Source: Chrysomallon squamiferum (lineage: Eukaryota > Animalia > Mollusca). Taken from it: a stretch of DNA of 64,000 bases. This document shows, piece by piece, positions 57,012 to 64,000 of this stretch. The position numbers were made by a program, and so were the translations under genes. The DNA lies in contig CM022667.1 in assembly GCA_012295275.1 (NCBI GenBank), positions 15,438,001-15,502,000 of the forward strand, written 5' to 3'. Positions within the stretch are counted from its first letter, which is position 1, and each line of letters begins with the position of its first letter. The notes below the pieces were generated by a model. The model saw nothing but the letters and a program-made list of their open reading frames with translations, was not told the origin of the DNA and made no database searches.

Positions 57012-58480
57012 TTGTTTGTATGTACGCCTATGTATATATACTTTATTTTTAGCCATTCTTTACCAATGCTATTTTCGCTCTTAACATACGTGGTAGAGAA
57101 CTGTTTTAGAATCATAACGCATACTGCAGCTTGTAAAGCGCAAATGTTACGTAGTGTCTACCGTATAGAATTACCACAGGTGTCGTGACCAGCTCACAAA
57201 AGATGTCTGTACAATGAATCATCTTGCCCCATTAGCGAGGTACGTTAATCCAGTCAATGTTCTTCTTTATGACGGCAGTAAAGTCAGACGGTTTTTTGAG
57301 GGGTTGTTGCTTTTTTTTTTTTGTCTTCCTTTCTTTTCTTTTCTTTTTTCTTCTTGCAAATTTTATATACTTGATTATTGTTGCGTGTGTATTTATGACA
57401 TATTCTTTTTTTTTTTTCTTCTTCTTTTTTTTAATAAATTTTGAAGAAAACGGCATTGTTTATTGTACTTTCATGTAATTATTATTTTGTTTCTTTTCCA
57501 GTTTTTAATACTATTTGTTTTGTAAGACACGCACACGTATACGCAAACATATAATAATAATAAAATTCAATGGGAGCTCAGCACTGCCAAGTTACCACTA
57601 GCTCAGTCTGTCATGCCTTTTTCCTCTTCTGGAAAAAAAAACAAATACTGCTGAGTTATATCTCAAGTGGTTTAAGTGGTCAAGTTAATAAATATATCGT
57701 AGTTTCAATACGTGGCCTATAAACAATAAATTAAACTCTGCTGTCGGTAAGTGCAGCTATCGTTCAGATGATAAAGCTCTTTATTTGCATTCATCTGTAC
57801 ATATTGACACTGCTCTACGTTCTAATACCACACAGGCACGCCTATATGACTGGCTGAAGTTATGACAACACGGAGTATTTCGATAACACACTTATTTTTG
57901 CCTTTATTAATCTTGTATGCACAGAAGTACAGTCACTTGTGTCTGTCTGTGTGTTTATGCGTGTATGTACGTATATAGATATCTATGCATGTATATATGT
58001 ATTTATTTGTATGTATGCATATATATGTGTGTGTGTATGCGTAAATGTATATAGATACCTGTTTATGCATGTGTTACTGTGTTAGTAAGTATGTCAGAGA
58101 TATACTCGAGATAAGATTTGATTTTAATATATTAAATTAAGCCATTATAATTGTCTTTCATGTCAAAATTTTCAACAAAGGATTTTCTTCTTTTTTTTAA
58201 ATTTCTTTCGTAATATAAAATGAAAATTATTTCTACACCACGGTTTTCTACCAGTTTTTCATTGACTTTATTCACTTTTGATTGTCTTATGTCAGATCTG
58301 ATGCCTCTACTTTTTTTCAATTACAAAAATTAAATTTCAGAGACGTCGTATGAAAGAAAATAAAAAGACCATAATAAAAGATATGTATTATATTAAGTAT
58401 AAAAAGTTAAATTCTGTTCTCACAGAGTTATTGCTTTTGTCAAATTATTATGTTAAAAAAATAAATCCTTTGATTCACGT

Positions 58481-58690
58481 CAAATGCCTTGTTTCACTCC
58501 AAATACCTTGTTTCAAACCTGATGCCTTATTTCAAGCTAGATGCCTTCCTGCATACTAAATATCCTATCGTCTTGATGTCTTATTAATTACATGAAGTTT
58601 ATCTCACGCTGAACTATTTGTTTCAAACCAAATGCCTTATATCACGTTAAATACCTTGGTTCAGACTTAATGCCTTCTTTCAGAAAGGTG
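58481..58690. repeat. Degenerate ~19-bp tandem repeat (aaatgccttgtttcannnn)
   Basis: aaatgccttgtttca, aaataccttgtttca, gatgccttatttca, aaatgccttatatca, aaataccttggttca, aatgccttctttca. Confidence 0.65.
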
Positions 58691-59491
58691 TCATTTTTGG
58701 AGCTAAACGATCCGTTTCATACTAAAAATCTTGCTTTGTGCAGAAAAATGTTATGACCTTTTAAATGAGTGAAATTTACGACAGTACAAGTCAACTACAT
58801 TAATTTATGATTCAGTGTCATAGCTGTATAAAAAGAAATATTTGAATAATTGCCAATCCACTCAACTGGCACTTTTCGAAGTTCGTGATTCATATATAAA
58901 AACTCGGGGCGTGTTTGGCTAAAATAGATTGATAACTGCTATGTCAATTATTAATATTTCAAAGACTGGGGTATGTTTTTTTTAGTAACACAAGAAGAAG
59001 AAGAAGAAGAAGTACTAAATGTAGTGGTAATAATAGTAGTAGTTGTTGCTGTTGTAGTAACAGGTACAAACGTTGCAGTTGTAGTAATAATAGTACTAGT
59101 CGAACTAGTAGTAGTCGTAGTAGTAGTAGTAATAACAATAACAGTAATGATGATGATAAGAAGAAAAACGATAACAACAACAATTATAATAATATTTTTT
59201 TTTTAAATGTACTTGCAGTAGGTCACCCATGTAAGTAAAATCAGTTAATAAATAATATCATGAAGCTAAGCTTTATGGCAATTATTTCTTACTTCATTGT
59301 TGGATAATTTATTGCCTACCTACTGAGGTGTTCAGTATTTGATAAAAGCTTTTTGATATCTCGTTTTGAATGTGATAATCGATCACATGTAGAAATGATT
59401 TTGAATTGGATAGTAAAATTAATTAAAGAGAATACAAAAGTGGGTAAGAACGACGTTCAGCTAGTCACACTGAGAAAAAACAGATGAATAG

Positions 59492-59572
<81 letters not shown>

Positions 59573-60411
59573 CTGACAGCTAGGCACAGAGAAACACAGA
59601 TACATAAACAGACTACCTGAGAGAAAAAGAATGAATGAATGAAAATGAAAGAAGGCCTGCTAATACAAGTAAATGACAGCAATAATTGAAACAGACATCT
59701 AAAGAGTAAATTTCACATTATTTAAGGCCGCTAGAAAACAAACACACACACAGGCACACTCACACACACCACCCTGCAGATAAGTACAAGCGAAAAGCAC
59801 AAGAAATACTCATAATAAAAGTTAATCACGTTCTAAAAACGGAACGTGCGTGTCGCTTTGAACCGTGAAATCAATACCTCTAATCAATTTCACTCCATGG
59901 GATTAAATAGGTGTCATTTTTACCCTCGTGTTTCATTTACACCTGAACATTTCTCCATTCAACTTGATCAACTTGTCCGTTTCCTTGGCGGTTAACTAGC
60001 GTGCGTATCCAACACAAAAGGTCCCCGCAAAAAAGTCCCGTTGTCTGAATGGCTGCGTGTTTACCGTGATGGGTTTTATAAAATGCTTGTTGATTTGCCG
60101 GGTTTGGCCCGAATCGATCGAGTGAGGATTTCTTATCTGCCTGTTCAGATATGTGATGTCTGGTTTTTGAAATTTATTTTCAGAAAAACTGATTAAGTAA
60201 GGTTTTTTTATATTTTTTTTTTTTTTTTTTTTTTATTTTTTTTTTTTTTTTTTTTTTTTTTGTTCCTAGCGTTTGATGTACGTCGCTATGTTAATTTGAA
60301 TTCATTATTATTATTATTGTTGTTGGTATTATTATTATTATTATCATTATTATTATTATTATCATTATTATTGTTATTGTTATTGTTATTATTATTTTAT
60401 TATTATTATTA

Positions 60412-60449
<38 letters not shown>

Positions 60450-62979
60450 GGTTAGTATCATGAAGTTTCTTTACTAGTGTTAATATATGTTGCTGTGATT
60501 GTTAAGCTAACTGTATTATTATTGTTGTTGTTGTTGTTGTTGTTGTTATTGTTTTCATTGCTGTTACTGCCGCTGATGCTGTTCTCATTAACTGTATACG
60601 TCTGTACTTTAAGTATTGGTGATGGTTTTCTTTCAGTTAAATTTGGTTTTTCTTGTTCGTTGAAATCTAGTGGACTGTTTTTGGATCGGGTTTCACATGT
60701 AGAGTTAGTTAGTGCAGGTTTTGTTATAACACGCGAAGGTTTCAAGTATTGGATTTGATTTCGCTTCAGTTTATAAACGGCTTGCCAGGGTATATCGTGA
60801 ATTTTAAGTCGGGTTTATGATCGATTGCTAGTGCGTGCATGCGTGTGTGTGTGTGTGTGTGTGAATCGTTAGATATAGATATATTATAATATATGTTACT
60901 GATATACTTCGTCTGGAACTTGACACTAATCTTTCACAATAATAAAGTACGCCTATAAAAAAATAACAATATTGGTGACACGCATTTCATTTCTGACGTC
61001 ACGTCGTTCACAGCAACAAGGTTTTAAAAAGAAATCTGATAATAAATGAAAACAAAAATAATTTGTAGAAATATGAAGTGACGTAACGAAATAAGGTTTG
61101 CTATTTTATTGATGACTTTGTTGTTAATCAACATACATTTGTTTGTACCACCAAAGTACACTTTAATATCGCTTCAAAGACATTCAGTCTATTTTTATTT
61201 TTATTCATTTTATTTTCCAATTTTAAGAAGGAGTTTTTCTGCCTAATCAGCCTGTGTGTTAAGTCTGTTAACCCTGTAAAACTGTGGTTGCTATGCAACG
61301 GATCACTTACAGTTTCCCACAGTGGGCTGAAACCTAATATACTGAAAAATAATAAAGGGTTCACAATTTATTTTAATTTTAAGATAAATAAATATTTAAT
61401 GTTCTGTAGAGAATTTACTGTCTTTTTATTACCTGTAGTCTTTCTTTCTTATTTATTTATTTATTTATTTATTAGTTTCGTTTGTTTTTTTTTTTTTAAC
61501 TTTTTTTTATATTTAATTATTTATTTATATTTTTATTTTTTATTTTTTTAATTCTTTATATATATATATTTATTTAATGGTTGTTTTATAACTAATTGTT
61601 TGTTGAAACAAGTGCATAAGTACCGGAGTATTGTTTTTATTATCGTGTTATTTGTTTTTTTTGTTGCTGGATTCTTGTCGTGGCTTTTTTTTTCTTGTTT
61701 GTCAGTTGTAGCTGGGGGGTTGTAGCTGGGGGGTTGTTGTTGTTTTTTTTCTGGGTTTTTTAGTTGTTGTTCTGTTTCTTTGTTTATCTTTTCTATCAAA
61801 AAAGGATAATAATTCTAAATAAGTAAGCTTATTTTTCCAAATTAATACATCAGTGAATTTTGAATCTGTAAATTATAATGAATGTGGAGATTTAGGTCAA
61901 TATAAATTTAATTAATTCGGAGTTTTAGAGAAATAAAATTATTAATGAATTTAGTGTTTTAGCTAAATATGCGTTACTGTGAATTTACAGATTTAGTCAG
62001 ACACAAAAAAAACCGAACTTAGAATTTAGTCATATATATATATATATATATGTACATAATTAGGCAAATGTATGAAAATGTTTAATAAATCCATGAATAT
62101 AACCGTTATCTAATGAAATATACAAATATATATATAGAGAAATGCGAATGATTGACAAAGTAGTTATCAAAAAGAATCAATAAAATCATTATGCTAAAAG
62201 GACATTCATTTCGTTCGCCAATTTTACACACCGGAATGAAATCGGATTTGTTATCGATTGTGTGACCAGTTAGTGGTAAAACAGTTTGACTTTTTTATAT
62301 ATATAGACTGAAAAAGAAAACGATCAAGGTCCTTTTCTTTGTGGTGACATTTCGTTTTGTACTGCTGGTCAAAAATAGATACATTACTGTAATTCTGCTG
62401 GTTAAACAAAACAACAATAAAAAATTAAAAACGAAGATCAACAGTCATAAATTATCAGGATAGATTGTTTTACACGATGAACAAAAATCTTCGAAAAGAC
62501 GAAAATAATTTTAATACCTGTTTTACGACAGTGTGTAAATACCGTGAATTATCAGTTTACGCTTCTGAAAGGATCTAATTTTTTTTTTTTTTTTTTTTTT
62601 TTGGACAACATCGTCATTACTTGATTTCATTATTTGTTCTGTCTTATCAGCGCAGAGGTTTGTATATTTATTTATATCTACCCTGTTTACCTTCCATGTT
62701 CGTGTTTCGTTGAGGACGTCTCTCTGTTAAGTTAAAAAGTGATTTTTCTAGAATCAGTGGAAAGCAAGGACATAGAAATATTTAGGTCAGCTGTTATCTT
62801 GTCTTGTAATAATATTTTAAACTATAATAATTTTAACATTTTCTTATTTTTTTAAATTATTTTTACACTGGTTTACTTTGATTTTGATTTTGATTTTTTG
62901 ATTTTAGGTTGGTTTCTTTTGTTGCTGTTGTTTTGGGGTTTGTTGTTGTTGTTTTTTATTTTTTTAGCGGTGTGTGTTC

Positions 62980-63021
<42 letters not shown>

Positions 63022-63030
63022 GTGGTGCCG

Positions 63031-63185
63031 ATGGATACTATGACAACAAGTATGACAGAACACGGACTTTGTCCTCTGAACAGACGTCAAGAACCTCCTC
63101 ATCAAACGAAATATGTCGACGATTCAGTGTTTCAAAGTCACAGGGATCGAGGCTCGTCGGAGGAAGAAAATTCACCCACAGCTAT
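63031..63185 (+). CDS. Candidate coding exon / alternative N-terminus of an unidentified gene (MDTMTTSMTEHGLCPLNRRQEPPHQTKYVDDSVFQSHRDRGSSEEENSPTA.., phase-2 donor)
   Basis: Coding-like composition amid AT-rich DNA; upstream acceptor tttttag at 62967; consensus donor AT|gtaagt. No homology recognised. Confidence 0.5.
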
Positions 63186-63963
63186 GTAAGTAAAACACGA
63201 AAGAATAAAATAAATGAATGAGAGAACAAATAAGCAAATGAGAGAGAAGTGAGAGATAAACAATAGTGGATGAATGAGTGTATTACTAAGTCTGTAGGAG
63301 GGTGAATGAGTGAGTCTATTTACAGAGTGAGCGAGTGAGTAAGAACGAAAAAGAAAAGAGAAAATTTTAACTAATATATAACTGATAGGCTATTCTGTTA
63401 CGCATGACTGGTTTTCGAGGATTAGTTTTAGGTGATCTCTGTTGTTTGGATTTTTTTTAATTTTATATATTAATTTATTTACTTACTTACTAACTTTTCT
63501 TTTTCTTCTTCTTTCAGTATTTTGGATTCTTTTATTATATTTTATTATTGTTATAAGTATTATTATTACTATTACTATTATTACTACTACTACAACTATT
63601 ATTATTGTTGTTGCTGCTACTGCTGTTTTCGTTGTTGTTGTTGCTGTCGTTGTTGTTGTTGATGTTGTACTGAAAACAAATAATAATAAAGTACGTACAC
63701 TGTCACGTTACTTTTATGCTGGTTTATTAAAAAAAAAAAAAAAAAAAAAAAAAATACTTTTAAAAATCATTCCATGGACGATAACTCTTCCATGACATGA
63801 AATGAAATGTATCGCTACTTTTAACAGCAGCAATACAAATTAGCTATTATGACTGAGTTTTGGGAATGATTTTTCTGCACCTTTTAATTTAATTTTTTGA
63901 TATAGAATAATTTAGGATCGTTAGGAAAAAGAACAGGACCTTGGAAAATGATGAGTAATGTGG

Positions 63964-64000
<37 letters not shown>

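Noticed and set aside
60458-60745. 95-aa minus-strand ORF (MKPSRVITKPALTNSTCETRSKNSP...)
   Set aside because: No recognisable motif, runs into a poly-Asn microsatellite, and no convincing splice sites; cannot be supported.

Overview
AT-rich, microsatellite-dense eukaryotic genomic DNA with spliceosomal GT-AG introns. It is an animal, and probably a mollusc or other lophotrochozoan (inference from style, not proven). There are two 200-N scaffold gaps (18333-18532, 40105-40304). The first 40 kb is a recently and repeatedly duplicated, partly inverted array of two unrelated secreted-protein families. Family G has four copies of a 4-exon gene encoding a signal peptide, 12-24 (M/L)GL(GL)GGGD(G/E)LSG repeats and an E/K-rich acidic helical tail, each copy behind the same CRE-like + TATA promoter. 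Family A encodes a signal peptide, a PAN/Apple-like Cys domain, an EGF-like exon and four ~115-aa Trp-bounded repeats; it has three long copies plus eight fragments. The duplicated cassette also carries a Tc1 transposase relic that truncates a family-A exon 1, and two pieces of an RNase H-bearing LINE lie beside it. Paralogs are mosaics with recombination breakpoints at domain boundaries. After the second gap are 10 exons (493 codons) of a transglutaminase that keeps the Cys-His-Asp triad but has lost several otherwise conserved accessory residues. The last 15 kb is mostly repeat-rich non-coding DNA with a TTAA-flanked palindromic MITE-like element and two candidate alternative first coding exons of an unidentified gene. 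Best hypothesis: a locus for an extracellular biomaterial (Gly/Met-rich structural protein, secreted partner, cross-linking enzyme). This is inference, and the enzyme is linked to the array only across a gap. Most short ORFs in the supplied track are microsatellite or antisense shadows.
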